Shown: positions 36,139 to 46,357 of the stretch, piece after piece
How positions within the stretch are numbered: position 1 is the stretch's first letter
Layout: each line of letters starts with the position of its first letter
Assembly (NCBI GenBank): GCA_030059665.1
Contig: JANVYR010000001.1
Location: 1-64,000, forward strand
DNA: 64,000 bases
Origin: Candidatus Calditenuis fumarioli
GTDB taxonomy: Archaea; Thermoproteota; Nitrososphaeria_A; Caldarchaeales; Calditenuaceae
Reading direction: 5' to 3'
Notes under the pieces: generated by a model
What the model was told of the DNA's origin: nothing
The model's input: the letters and a program-made list of their open reading frames with translations, nothing else
The model's database searches: none
Made by a program: the position numbers and the translations under genes

Positions 36139-37329
36139 TCACTCCGTCCCGAGGATTAGGGCTGCCGCGTTCACGAAGTGGCCGTGGTACCCTATGCCGC
36201 CTATGGCCGTGACGAGGGCCCTTCTCGCTCCCTTCACCTGACGCTCGCCGCACTCGCCCCTGAGCTGCATGACCGCCTCGACCACGTGCAGGCAACCGCA
36301 GGCCATCCCCGCCTGTCCGGCGGAGAGGAGGCCGCCGCTCGTGTTGATCGGCAAATTCCCCTTGTAGGAGATGTCGTTATCGTCGAGGAACTTGGGCGCC
36401 TTTCCCTTCTCGGCGAAGCCAGCGTCCTCGATCTGCATCAGCACCGCGACCGTGAAGTCGTCGTAGGGGTGGAAGTTGTCGATCTCCCCCGGCGAAGTCC
36501 CCGACATCCTGTAGGCCTCGGCCGCAGCCACCTTCACCCCGGTCGTCGTTATGTCAGGCGCGAATGGCCTCCCCTCCCTGTAGTTATGGTATTCTCCGAA
36601 TCCCAGAATCTGCACCGGCTTGTCGGTCACCTGACGTGCAATGCGGGTCGACGAGAGAAGTATTGCGAAGCCTCCGTTGACGAAGGGCGTAACGTCGAAC
36701 ATCCTGAGCGGATCCGAGAGCACCCTCGAGTTGAGGTAGTCCTCCATGCTCATCGGCGACCTGAAGTAGGCCTTCGGGTTCAGAGAGGCGTTGAGGCGCT
36801 CGGTGACGGCCACCTTGCCGAAGTGCTCCGGCTTCGCGCCGGACTCGTGCATGTACCTTTTCATGAGCTGAGCGGCAACGCTCACGGGCCCCATGTAACC
36901 GAAGGGCCTCATGTGGTCCGTGTCGTACTCCCAGGTCGGCCCGGGCCCTCCTAGGAGCGGCGAGTCGGCACCCACGATCAGGAAGTGGTCGATGTAGCCC
37001 GAGTGTATCAGGAGAGCTCCCTGCACGATCAGGGCGGCCGCGTTCGTCCCTCCCTGATCGGCCCTCAGGAGCACCTTCGGCTCGAGGCCCAGGTCCTGCA
37101 CCAGCTCCGGCGACCAGATCTCCGAGTGGGGGTACTCGCTCCCCATCACCCCGACTCCCTGACCCCTGAGGTCCTTCAGGCCGACGTTGGCGGATCTGAG
37201 CAGCTCCTCCAGAGCCCAGGCGCAGTACTCCTTCGGCGTCAGCCTCGGCTCCCCCCTGTCGGCCCTTCCCCTGCTGAAGGGCGTCTGGGAGACCGCCGTG
37301 ATCGAGACGGAGCCCCTGAAGGACGTCAC
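36139..37329 (-). CDS. Thiolase-fold protein (SCP-x/Ltp2-like) lacking the canonical catalytic Cys
   Basis: GPVSVAA..MKRYM, NPKAYFR, PLRMFD, YDDF, NTSGGLLS, VEAVMQLRG. The nucleophile region reads DQGGTNA. Confidence 0.8.
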   Translation of the reverse strand: MTSFRGSVSITAVSQTPFSRGRADRGEPRLTPKEYCAWALEELLRSANVGLKDLRGQGVGVMGSEYPHSEIWSPELVQDLGLEPKVLLRADQGGTNAAALIVQGALLIHSGYIDHFLIVGADSPLLGGPGPTWEYDTDHMRPFGYMGPVSVAAQLMKRYMHESGAKPEHFGKVAVTERLNASLNPKAYFRSPMSMEDYLNSRVLSDPLRMFDVTPFVNGGFAILLSSTRIARQVTDKPVQILGFGEYHNYREGRPFAPDITTTGVKVAAAEAYRMSGTSPGEIDNFHPYDDFTVAVLMQIEDAGFAEKGKAPKFLDDNDISYKGNLPINTSGGLLSAGQAGMACGCLHVVEAVMQLRGECGERQVKGARRALVTAIGGIGYHGHFVNAAALILGTE

Positions 37330-39755
37330 GCCCCGCCACCCTCCCTTCCCCTGATCAACCTGAGCAGCTCCTCGGGCCTGACGTGCGAGGAGACCAACCA
37401 GACGTCTCCGTCGGCGATCGCGTCCTCGATCGCGTTGACCAGAGCGGGTATCGGCGTCCCGCAGCCCTCTCCAACCCCCCTCGAGCCGAGCGGCGAGGAG
37501 GTGGAGAGCGTCTCCATCGAGTAGGTCCTGAACTCCGGAGCCTCGAGGGCCGTCGGGCAGAGGTACTCGAGGAAGGAGGAGGTGAGGAGCTGACCGGACT
37601 CGTCGTACTCGATCGACTCGTAGAGCACCGCGGCCAGACCGTGAAGCGCCGCTCCGTGGAGCTGACCCTCCAGCACCAGCGGGTTGATCACCCTTCCGGC
37701 GTCGTCGACGATGACGTAGTCGAGCACCTTCACCACACCGGTCTCCCTGTCGACCTCGACCACAGCTCCGTGGACCTGATAGCTGTAGGTGAGCGCGAGG
37801 TTAGCCCTCTTCCTCTCGTCGGGCGAGCGCATCTCCGGCGCGTAGACGAACGTCTCCGAAAGCCCCAACCCGAGATCCCCGACCTCCTCGACGTTGGAGT
37901 AGGCGGTCCGCGCGATCCTCCTGAGGCTGACGTACCTCTCCGGCGATCCTGCGACGTACGCCTTCCCGTCCTCGAGCACCACGTCCTCCGGAGAGCACTC
38001 CAGAAGCCTCGCTGCCAGCTTGACGATCCTCTCTCTCACCTTCAGGGCCGCGCCGAGCACAGCGCCGACGCCGAAGCCCGCGAAGCGGCTGCCGTAGGTG
38101 CCAGAGTGGATGGTGTGGGGATGTGAGTGGGAGTCGAAGCCCCGGGCGACCGTGACGTCCTCGATCGGGACCCCGAGCACGTCCGCCACTATCTGCGCTG
38201 CAACGGTCTCATGCGACTGGCCCTGCGGGACGCTGCTGAGCTTGACGAGGACCTTACCGTCGAAGGTCACGGTCACCGTTGCGGCCTCGCTCCCTCCGAC
38301 GTTCGGTACCCGCGGGTTCATCATCTTGACCTGGCCCATGTTGGGAGATCCGGAGTCGAGCGTGCATGCGAACCCTATCCCTATCAGCCTCCCCTCCTTC
38401 CTCGCCCGCTCCTTCTCGGCCCTCCACCTCGCGTAACCGAGCGCCTCTGCGGCAGCGAGCAGGGCCCCGACGTAGTCGCCGCCGTCGTAGACGCACCCGT
38501 TCAGCGTCACGTAGGGCTGCTCATCCTTCGTGACGTAGTTCCGCTTCCGGATCTCGACCTGGTCGAGCCCGAGCTCCCTCGCGCCGGCGTTCAGGATCCG
38601 CTCGATCATGAACTGGTGCGGTGCCCTCGAGAAGCCCCTGTTGGGACCGGCGGGGCACTTGTTGGTGAAGACCGCGTACATCGTCATCGAGAGGTTCCTG
38701 AGCCTCGTGGCGCCGGGGGCGACCTGGGCCCAGACCGTCAGCCCCGCGGGTTCGTGCCTCGCGTAGGCTCCGATGTCGTCGACCGTGACCGCCTTGATCC
38801 CGAGCAGCTCACCACTCTTGCTGAAGGCTGCCTCGACCTTGAAGTGCCTGTCGGCTCCGTGGGAGCTGGCGAGCATGTGCTCCCTCCGCGTCTCGACCCA
38901 CTTCACGGGCCTTCCGGTGAGCTTGGAGAGGAGCGCCACGAGAACGAGGTACGTGTAGTTGATGATCTTGACGCCGAACCCACCACCTATGTCGGACGTT
39001 ACGATCCTGACCTTGTCGGCCGTGGTGTTGAGGGCCCTGAGGATAGCGGGCGAGAGGAAGACCGGCATCTGGTTGTTGCAGTAGATCAGGTACGAATCGG
39101 TCGATGCGTCGTAGGACGCCAGCACCGCGTTCGGCTCGAGGGGAGTGGAGCTGAAGCGGTGGAAGACCAGGTCCCTCCTGACGATCAGGTCGGCCCTCGC
39201 CTTGGCGGCCTCGTAATCCCCGTACTCGTAATCGACGCGGGCAGCTACGTTGGTGCCGATGTTCTCGTGGACCAGCACCTCCTTCTCCTCGAGCGCTTTC
39301 CACGGGTCAGTGACCGGTTTGAGGGGCTCGTACTCGACCTCGACCAGCTCCGCTGCGTCCTGCGCGGCCGACAGAGACTCGGCCACGACCGCCGCCACCG
39401 GCTCGCCCTGGTACCTCACCTTCCTGTACGCCATCGAGTAGTCGACCACGTCCGATGCTGGTGGAGGAACCAGTTGCGGGAACGGCTGCTGGACCCTCGC
39501 GATCTCCTCGCCGGTGAAGACGCCGACGACCCCCGGGACCCTCAGAGCCCCCTCAACGGAGATCGACTTGATCCGGGCGTGGGCCAGATCGCTCCTGACC
39601 AGAACTGCGTAAAGCTGTCCGGGCATCCTGAAGTCGTCCACGAACCTCCCGAGCCCACGGACGTGCCTCAGCCCCTCCCTCGTGGGAATTCGCTGACCGA
39701 CGTACTTCCACTTTAAACCGCGCGGAATCGGGGGAAATCTGTCAGACATCTGCAT
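37326..39755 (-). CDS. Xanthine dehydrogenase family molybdopterin-binding large subunit 2 (HmfA/CoxL-like)
   Basis: GLGRFVDD, GGGFGVK, GPNRGFS, QGQSHET, SGTYGSR, RGVGE motifs; GTGA overlap with the thiolase-like gene. Confidence 0.9.
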   Translation of the reverse strand: MQMSDRFPPIPRGLKWKYVGQRIPTREGLRHVRGLGRFVDDFRMPGQLYAVLVRSDLAHARIKSISVEGALRVPGVVGVFTGEEIARVQQPFPQLVPPPASDVVDYSMAYRKVRYQGEPVAAVVAESLSAAQDAAELVEVEYEPLKPVTDPWKALEEKEVLVHENIGTNVAARVDYEYGDYEAAKARADLIVRRDLVFHRFSSTPLEPNAVLASYDASTDSYLIYCNNQMPVFLSPAILRALNTTADKVRIVTSDIGGGFGVKIINYTYLVLVALLSKLTGRPVKWVETRREHMLASSHGADRHFKVEAAFSKSGELLGIKAVTVDDIGAYARHEPAGLTVWAQVAPGATRLRNLSMTMYAVFTNKCPAGPNRGFSRAPHQFMIERILNAGARELGLDQVEIRKRNYVTKDEQPYVTLNGCVYDGGDYVGALLAAAEALGYARWRAEKERARKEGRLIGIGFACTLDSGSPNMGQVKMMNPRVPNVGGSEAATVTVTFDGKVLVKLSSVPQGQSHETVAAQIVADVLGVPIEDVTVARGFDSHSHPHTIHSGTYGSRFAGFGVGAVLGAALKVRERIVKLAARLLECSPEDVVLEDGKAYVAGSPERYVSLRRIARTAYSNVEEVGDLGLGLSETFVYAPEMRSPDERKRANLALTYSYQVHGAVVEVDRETGVVKVLDYVIVDDAGRVINPLVLEGQLHGAALHGLAAVLYESIEYDESGQLLTSSFLEYLCPTALEAPEFRTYSMETLSTSSPLGSRGVGEGCGTPIPALVNAIEDAIADGDVWLVSSHVRPEELLRLIRGREGGGA

Positions 39756-39796
39756 TACTCGAGAGCCGGTAGCGCCTATTAGCTCTGATTTCGGGC

Positions 39797-40990
39797 TCAG
39801 AAGCTCCTTGGGAGGCCGAGCGCCCTCGTCGCGAGGAAGTTCAGCACCATCTCCTCCGGAACCGGGCCAGTCTTGAAGAGCCGGACGTCCCTGAAGAACC
39901 GCTCGACGTCGTTGTCCTCCGCGAAGCCCATGCCTCCGTAGGTCTGGACTGCCCGGTCGGCAGCGGCGAAAGATGCCCTCGCGGACAGCAGCGAAGCTGC
40001 GTTAGCCTCGACGGCGCAGTCCCTGCCGGAGTCGAAGAGACGGGCGGCGTGCTGGAGCAAGAGCTTCGCAGCGTAAAGCTCGGCGTAGACCTGTGCCAGC
40101 GGGAACTGGATCCCCTGGTTCGAGCCGATGGGCCTTCCGAAGACGACGCGTTCCCTTGCGTACCTCACCGCCGCGGAGAGCGCGTACTCACCGCACCCGA
40201 GGGCGATCGAGGAGGTCGAGAGCCTCTCGGCGTTGAAGACGTGCTTGAGCACATCCCATCCTTTATCGACCTCGCCGAGGACGTTCTCCTCCGGAACCCA
40301 CGCGTCCTCGATGTAGAACTGCGTGGAGGTGAGGGGCCTCATCGACATGCCCTTGATCGGGAAGGCCCTGACGTTGTTCCCCCTCGTCTCGAGAAGCATC
40401 ACCGTGAGCCCGTGCGCCTTCGGCTGAGCGGGGTCGGTCGGCGTGGTCCGGGCAATGAGCAGCACGAGGTCCGCCAAGTGGCCCAGCGTTATCCAGACCT
40501 TCTGGCCCCTGACGACGAAGCCACCGTCCTTTTTGACGGCCTTCGTCTCGATCGCGAAAGTGTTCACGCCGGCGTTCGGCTCGGTGTGGGCTATCGCCAT
40601 CAGAATCTTACCCTCCACGAGCGCCTGCAGGTACTTCTCCTTGGCCTCCTTTGTCCCGAACCTCGATATCGCGAGCCCGCCGAAGACGAGCTGCCTCATC
40701 AGGACGTCCCCCGCCGGGAGGCCGCCGCCCTGCCTCGAGACCTCGTTCATCGCCGCACAGGCCGCCTCCATCCCCATCCCAAGCCCTCCGTACTCCTCGG
40801 GGACCGTGATCCCGAAGAAGCCCTGCCTTGCGGCCGCCTCGAAGTACTCTTTTGGGAACTCCCGGTTCCTGTCCTTCTCCCTCCAGTAATCGACGGGGTA
40901 GGAGCGCATCAGCTCCTGTGCCTGGCGCCTCAAGAGCACGAGGTCCTCGCTCTCCGGGAGGTCTATCACGTAGATGAGCGTGTTGCGCAT
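39797..40990 (-). CDS. Acyl-CoA dehydrogenase 1
   Basis: TEPNAG, GQKVWIT, FNAER, QGIQFPLA, GGMGF, RDVRL motifs. The true start is ATG 40990; the ORF-track extension to 41323 is antisense to the next gene. Confidence 0.88.
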   Translation of the reverse strand: MRNTLIYVIDLPESEDLVLLRRQAQELMRSYPVDYWREKDRNREFPKEYFEAAARQGFFGITVPEEYGGLGMGMEAACAAMNEVSRQGGGLPAGDVLMRQLVFGGLAISRFGTKEAKEKYLQALVEGKILMAIAHTEPNAGVNTFAIETKAVKKDGGFVVRGQKVWITLGHLADLVLLIARTTPTDPAQPKAHGLTVMLLETRGNNVRAFPIKGMSMRPLTSTQFYIEDAWVPEENVLGEVDKGWDVLKHVFNAERLSTSSIALGCGEYALSAAVRYARERVVFGRPIGSNQGIQFPLAQVYAELYAAKLLLQHAARLFDSGRDCAVEANAASLLSARASFAAADRAVQTYGGMGFAEDNDVERFFRDVRLFKTGPVPEEMVLNFLATRALGLPRSF

Positions 40991-41050
40991 GTGAAAAACC
41001 AATGCCGCAAAGGAAGCAGATCTAATTCGCAGCCTATCGGGTGAGATGAC

Positions 41051-42022
41051 GTGGTCCTGGTACTGAGCGGGAAGGATGTGAGGTCCCTCATCGGGCCGAG
41101 GGAGGCGCTGTCGGTGGCCACGGAGTTCTTCAGGACCTTCGACGAGGGCGACTACCGGATCCCCGAGAGGACCGTTCTGGCCGATGAAGGTGAAGGGTAC
41201 GTCTGGCTCTTCATGCCCTCCTCCTCGAGGGCCCTTAACGCGCTGGCGCTGAAGGTGGTGAACGAGTACAGGCGGAACCCTGAGCTTGGCCTTCCACACG
41301 CGCAGGGCCTGACGCTGCTTCACGACCTCTCCAACGGAAGACTGCTCTGCCTGCTAGACAGCCACGCGCTGACGCAGGTGAGGACTGCAGCGATGACGTG
41401 CGTCGCCGCGGACCGGCTCTCAAGCGGAGGTGCGGAGGTCCTCGCGGTGATAGGCAGCGGGGATCAGGCGAGGGTCAACGCCGAGTACCTCAAGGAGGTG
41501 CTGAGGCCGTCGTCGATCAGGGTCTACAGCAGGAGCAGGGAGAGGAGGGAGGCCTTCGCGGCAGAGCTGGAGCGGTTGCTCGGGATCGAGGTGACCGTTT
41601 GCGGTTCGCCCTCGGAGGCCTTGAAGGGAGCTGATGCGGTGCTGACCGCGACCAACTCGGCGACCCCGGTCCTGAACGGCGATGACCTTGAGGAGGACGC
41701 CCTCGTGATGAGCCTCGGAGCACTGCCCACCAGGAGGGAGCTGGACCTGCGCACCTTCGAGAGGACCTCTTTCGTCTGCGCCGACAGGAGGGCGAGCGTC
41801 GTGAAGGAGGCGGGAGACGTGATCGAGGCTCTCCGTCGTGGAGTTCTGAGGGAGGATGAGATCGCGGAGCTCCCGGAGGTCGTCAGGGGATCCAAAGAGC
41901 CCGTGACGTCGGGGATCAGGGTCTACAAGTCCGTCGGTTTCGCGGCGATAGACCTGTTCTTCTCATTGAGGCTGTACGAGATGGCCCGCGACCGGAAGGT
42001 GGGACGCGAGGTCGAGCTCTAG
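41051..42022 (+). CDS. Ornithine cyclodeaminase/mu-crystallin family protein 1
   Basis: LKVVN, RTAA, IGSGDQA Rossmann motif, YKSVG. Confidence 0.85.
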   Translation: MVLVLSGKDVRSLIGPREALSVATEFFRTFDEGDYRIPERTVLADEGEGYVWLFMPSSSRALNALALKVVNEYRRNPELGLPHAQGLTLLHDLSNGRLLCLLDSHALTQVRTAAMTCVAADRLSSGGAEVLAVIGSGDQARVNAEYLKEVLRPSSIRVYSRSRERREAFAAELERLLGIEVTVCGSPSEALKGADAVLTATNSATPVLNGDDLEEDALVMSLGALPTRRELDLRTFERTSFVCADRRASVVKEAGDVIEALRRGVLREDEIAELPEVVRGSKEPVTSGIRVYKSVGFAAIDLFFSLRLYEMARDRKVGREVEL

Positions 42023-43146
42023 AGGGTGCTCGGCAGACCGAGGCCGCGGTGAGCGATGTAGGCCAGCGCGATTTCCTGCGTGACCGGCCCCGCCATCAGA
42101 ACCCAGACCTCCCTCACCAGCCTCTCGACGGTCGTCCCCTTTAGGAAGCCGTGACCGGCGAAGACCCTCATCGCGGTCGAGACCGATTCCATCGCGACCT
42201 CAGCGCCGAGGTACTTGGCAGCCATCGCGTCCACCTCGACCGATTCACCTCTATCGAACCTCTCCGCCACCTGGAGCACGTACGCCTTGAGGGCCGAGAG
42301 CTTAGCGCTGATCGCCGCGAGCGGTAGCTGTACCCCCTGGTTAGCGCCTATTGGTCTTCCGAAGGCCCTCCTCGAGGAAGCCCACCTGATGGCCCTCGAG
42401 AGCGCGAGCTCAGCAATGCCCGCACCGACAGCGCCGTACGCTATCCTGTCGGCCACGAGAGCCCTGGAGAGCGCGACCCAGCCCGCACCCGGCTCGCCGA
42501 TCACGTCCTCCTCTCCCACCGTGCAGCCCTTCAGCACCAGCTCTCCCACCGGAAGATGACCCATAGAGAGCGATGGCCTCACTGCGAACTCGACCCCGGG
42601 ACTCGACTTATCGAGGAGGAAGAGCGTCAACCCCTTCCACCACCTACCGCCCTCAGGCTCGGAGGTCCTGCAGAGGACGAGGTAGTGCGTGGCCCTGATG
42701 AGGTTAGCCACGAGGAACTTCCTGCCCTCGATGACGTACCCGGAACCGGACCTTCGAGCACGTGCCCCGATGCCCGACGGGTCAGATCCGGCCTGCTCCT
42801 CGGTCACCGCGAGCCCGCAGAGGTAACGCCCCTCCGCAAGGCCCCTCAGGAATTCCCTGTGCCTGTCTTTTCCGAAGGACTCTATCACCTTCCCCGCGAG
42901 GTTGTTGCTGATCAGGGGGTAGACGCCGATCCCCGCACCGGACGAGACGATGCCCATCACCGCCTCGCAGAGCTCCCTCAGGCCCATCCCGAGCCCCCCG
43001 CTCTCGCGGGACAGAATCAGTCCTGGCACCCTCCGCTCCGAGACGTGCCTCCAGAACTCCTCCGGGAACCTGCCCTGCGCCTCGCACCCGTTCCAGTAAT
43101 CGTCTCCGAAGGGGCTCAGGTCCAGACCATCGACTATTGACGACAT
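42019..43146 (-). CDS. Acyl-CoA dehydrogenase 2
   Basis: TEEQAGSD, GRKFLV, FGRPIGANQGVQLPLA, GHGF motifs; ATG 43146 follows a GGTGA SD. Confidence 0.85.
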   Translation of the reverse strand: MSSIVDGLDLSPFGDDYWNGCEAQGRFPEEFWRHVSERRVPGLILSRESGGLGMGLRELCEAVMGIVSSGAGIGVYPLISNNLAGKVIESFGKDRHREFLRGLAEGRYLCGLAVTEEQAGSDPSGIGARARRSGSGYVIEGRKFLVANLIRATHYLVLCRTSEPEGGRWWKGLTLFLLDKSSPGVEFAVRPSLSMGHLPVGELVLKGCTVGEEDVIGEPGAGWVALSRALVADRIAYGAVGAGIAELALSRAIRWASSRRAFGRPIGANQGVQLPLAAISAKLSALKAYVLQVAERFDRGESVEVDAMAAKYLGAEVAMESVSTAMRVFAGHGFLKGTTVERLVREVWVLMAGPVTQEIALAYIAHRGLGLPSTL

Positions 43147-43235
43147 TTCACCCGCCTTCTCGCTCGACCCGGGTAAAAAGTTGGTCGATCGCCACGTCAA
43201 GATATAATAGCTGGACAGTGGGGAATCTCAGTGCT

Positions 43236-44564
43236 ATGGCGACGGCCACTTCCTCAAAACCCTCGAGGAAGACGCTTTACATCGCGGTCGGAGTCGTGAT
43301 CGTGATCGCGCTGATAGCCGCTGCGGTCCTCGTGGTGATGAACCCGTTCCAGCAACAGCAGAAGGAGATCGTCATAGGGCTTTCACTTCCCCTGACGAAC
43401 CCTGTCGGCATCCACGCGCGTAAGGCGGCCGAGCTAGCGGTGGAGGAGATCAACGCCGCGGGTGGTGTCAGGCTCAAGGACGGAGTTTACAGGCTGAGGC
43501 TCGTTGCGGAGGACACGAACGAGATGGACCCGCTGATCCCGGTAGACCAGGGTGTTGCTGCCTTCAAGCGGCTGATCGAAGTCCACGGAGCTCAAGTGAT
43601 CGTCGGCGGCGTTAGGACGGACGTCGTCGTCGCACAGACGCAGCTCCTCTCCCAGTACAAGATCGTGTACCTCGACATTGAGTCGAACCAGGGCATCGTC
43701 GAGGGCAAGGTCAAGGACGATTACCAGAACTACAAGTACTACTTCCACTTCTTCGGAGGAGGCCCCAAGTCGTCTGCAGGGCCGCTGATCATCGGCTTCC
43801 TCCAGCGGCTTAAGGACATGTCCGCGAAGGACCCGAAGATGCCGGACGTCTCCAAGGTGGCCCTCCTGGCTGAGAACGCCCTCTGGACCGTCGGCCTTGC
43901 GGGGAGGCCAGCAGGTAACTCGACGTTCTTCAAGCGCCTCGCCGACCTCGGTTTCAAGCTGGTCTACGCCGAGCTCTACCCGACCACCGAGTCGGACTTC
44001 TCCAGCTACCTCGCCAAGATGAAGGCCCAGTGCCCTGGAGTGATCGTCTTCCTCTTCTCCGGCCCGCCGGGGATAATCTTCACCAAGCAGTGGCAGGACT
44101 ACGACTGGTCGCCGTGCAAGAAGCCGATAGTCTTCGGTCCAGGGCTGCTCGGAGGGTTCTCCTGGTTCTGGGACCAGACGCAGGGCAAGGCTCAGGGAAC
44201 CATCTGGTGGCCCTCCACCGTCAGGGTCCAGGTGACGCCTAAGACGGTCGAGTTCATCGACAAGTTCAAGCGGAGGTACGGAGAGACGCCGAACACCGCC
44301 GCGATCGACGCCTACGACGCCATCTACGTCCTGAAGGATGCCCTCGAGAGGGCCGGTACATGGCAGGCCGAGGAGCTGGTGAAGGCGCTGGAGCAGACCG
44401 ACTACGTCGGCGTCATGGGCCGGATCAAGTTCTCCAGGGAGAACCACGGCCTCGACTTCACGTACGAGAACATCTACAGGTACTTCGGACAGTGGCAGAA
44501 CGGAGAGCTGGTCCCCGTCTGGGAGAGCACCTGGCCCGAGATAAAGAACCTCCTGATCCCGTAA
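43236..44564 (+). CDS. Liv-type ABC substrate-binding protein
   Basis: N-terminal TM anchor; EIVIGLSLPLT, EEINAAGG, YDAIY motifs. ATG 43236 has GATATAA 29 nt upstream. Confidence 0.85.
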   Translation: MATATSSKPSRKTLYIAVGVVIVIALIAAAVLVVMNPFQQQQKEIVIGLSLPLTNPVGIHARKAAELAVEEINAAGGVRLKDGVYRLRLVAEDTNEMDPLIPVDQGVAAFKRLIEVHGAQVIVGGVRTDVVVAQTQLLSQYKIVYLDIESNQGIVEGKVKDDYQNYKYYFHFFGGGPKSSAGPLIIGFLQRLKDMSAKDPKMPDVSKVALLAENALWTVGLAGRPAGNSTFFKRLADLGFKLVYAELYPTTESDFSSYLAKMKAQCPGVIVFLFSGPPGIIFTKQWQDYDWSPCKKPIVFGPGLLGGFSWFWDQTQGKAQGTIWWPSTVRVQVTPKTVEFIDKFKRRYGETPNTAAIDAYDAIYVLKDALERAGTWQAEELVKALEQTDYVGVMGRIKFSRENHGLDFTYENIYRYFGQWQNGELVPVWESTWPEIKNLLIP

Positions 44565-44582
44565 GCCCTCAGTGACAGCATC

Positions 44583-45440
44583 ATGGCCGAACCGCTCGTC
44601 GTTTTCTTCTACGGTCTCGTCACGAGCCTGATCTTCGCCCTCTACTCCGTGGGCTTCTCGCTCGTCTTCGGCGTGGCGAGGGTGATCGACGCAGCATACG
44701 GGATCTGGTACACGACGGCCGCCTACCTGGTCTACGCCCTGGTGACGAGGTTGCTGCTCCCGCTTCCGGTGACGGTAGTAGTTGTGGTGGCCTCGATGGT
44801 CGCCCTCGGCATCAGCTATTACGCGGTCCTTGTGAGGGGCCTGCAGGAGAAGGTGGAAATGATAATGACCACGTTCCTCGTGGCGCTGATGGCACAGTAC
44901 CTGATAGTTGCGATCTTCACCAACTTCCCGTGGTCTATACCGGCCCTCTTCCCAGGGTCTACGCAGGTCCTCGGAGTCTCCCTCTTCAACCAGCAGGTCG
45001 CCGCGGCGATCACCGCGTTCCTCCTACTGCTCGTCCTCTGGTACCTGGTCTACCGGACGAAGATGGGGCTCGCGATAAGGGCGGTCGCCCAGGACAAGGA
45101 GGCGGCCCTCCTCATGGGCATCAACCCCGACAGGGTGATGGCCTTCACGCTGGCGCTCTCCTGCTCCCTCGCAGGGATAGCGGCTCTTCTTCAGGCTCCC
45201 AACTCGGTGATCTCACCGACGATGGGCTGGCCGATGCTGACCCTCGCCTTCGCGGTGGTGGTCCTCGGGGGAATGGGGGACTTCTTCGGAGCCATCATAG
45301 CTAGCTTCATCATAGGATTCTCCTACCAGCTGATAACTAACCTGGTCAACCCGCTCTACTCGATGGCCGCGGCGCTCGCCATGATCCTCCTCGTCCTCTG
45401 GCTGAGGCCCAGGGGCCTCTTCGGGAGGTCGCTGGAGTGA
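44583..45440 (+). CDS. livH: Branched-chain amino acid type ABC permease
   Basis: GFSLVFGV, GLAIRAVAQD..AA.LMGIN, VVLGGMG motifs. Confidence 0.88.
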   Translation: MAEPLVVFFYGLVTSLIFALYSVGFSLVFGVARVIDAAYGIWYTTAAYLVYALVTRLLLPLPVTVVVVVASMVALGISYYAVLVRGLQEKVEMIMTTFLVALMAQYLIVAIFTNFPWSIPALFPGSTQVLGVSLFNQQVAAAITAFLLLLVLWYLVYRTKMGLAIRAVAQDKEAALLMGINPDRVMAFTLALSCSLAGIAALLQAPNSVISPTMGWPMLTLAFAVVVLGGMGDFFGAIIASFIIGFSYQLITNLVNPLYSMAAALAMILLVLWLRPRGLFGRSLE

Positions 45441-46357
45441 TGTCAGCCGTCAGACCCTCGCACCTCGCGGGCATCGCGTTGCTGGTGGTGCTCGCCGTGC
45501 TACCAGCGCTGCCTGGGATGAGGGCGCTGCTCTTCCCGCTGACGCTCACCAACATAATGGCCACACTGGCGATAGCCTGGAACCTCCTCTTCGGCTACGC
45601 GGGCCTCCTCAGCCTGGGTCACTCGTTCTTCTTCGGTGCTGCGGGCTACGCCTCCGCGATCCTCTCGAAGAGCTACGGGATACCGGTACCGGTCGCGATG
45701 GTCATCGGCGCAGCGGTCTCCTCCGGCATCGCAGCCCTCGTCGGCCTCCCGAGCTTGAAGCTTAGGGGCCACTACTTCGTGCTGGTGACGCTCGTCCTCC
45801 CAGCGGTTGCTTACCAGCTGACGAACGCTCTGGACGTCCTCGGAGGCCACGACGGGATCTTCGGGGTACCGCCCCTTGTCAGGGACTCCTACGCGGTCTA
45901 CCTCGGCAGCCTTTTCCTCATGCTCGCATCGCTGGTCGCATCCGCGTTCGTGATCAGGTCCCGGTTGGGGGTGGAGATGATCTCGGTGAGGGAGGACGAG
46001 GAGGCAGCGAAGGCCCTTGGCGTCGACACGCCGAGGGTCAAGCTGTACGCGCTGATGATCAGCGCCTTCCTCTCCGGCCTCGCGGGAGCCTACTGGGCCC
46101 ACCTCAACGGCGTCATCAGCCCATCGGTCTACGAGCTGGAGAAGGCGAGCATGCCACTGCTGATGAGCGTTCTGGGAGGGAAGGGCACGCTCCTCGGACC
46201 GGTGATCGGAGCATACGTGATCCAGACGCTCTTCGAGTCGCTGAAGATCGAGGCTATAGCGACGGCCAGGCTCTTCGTCTTCGCCGCAGCCACCTTCGCG
46301 ATCTACAGGATCTTCCCGCAGGGCCTCATGGGCGTGCTGAGGCGGGTGATAGGTTGA
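45437..46357 (+). CDS. livM: Branched-chain amino acid type ABC permease
   Basis: GLLSLGHSFFFG, LRGHYF, REDEEAA..LGV, LGGKG motifs. Confidence 0.88.
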   Translation: MMSAVRPSHLAGIALLVVLAVLPALPGMRALLFPLTLTNIMATLAIAWNLLFGYAGLLSLGHSFFFGAAGYASAILSKSYGIPVPVAMVIGAAVSSGIAALVGLPSLKLRGHYFVLVTLVLPAVAYQLTNALDVLGGHDGIFGVPPLVRDSYAVYLGSLFLMLASLVASAFVIRSRLGVEMISVREDEEAAKALGVDTPRVKLYALMISAFLSGLAGAYWAHLNGVISPSVYELEKASMPLLMSVLGGKGTLLGPVIGAYVIQTLFESLKIEAIATARLFVFAAATFAIYRIFPQGLMGVLRRVIG

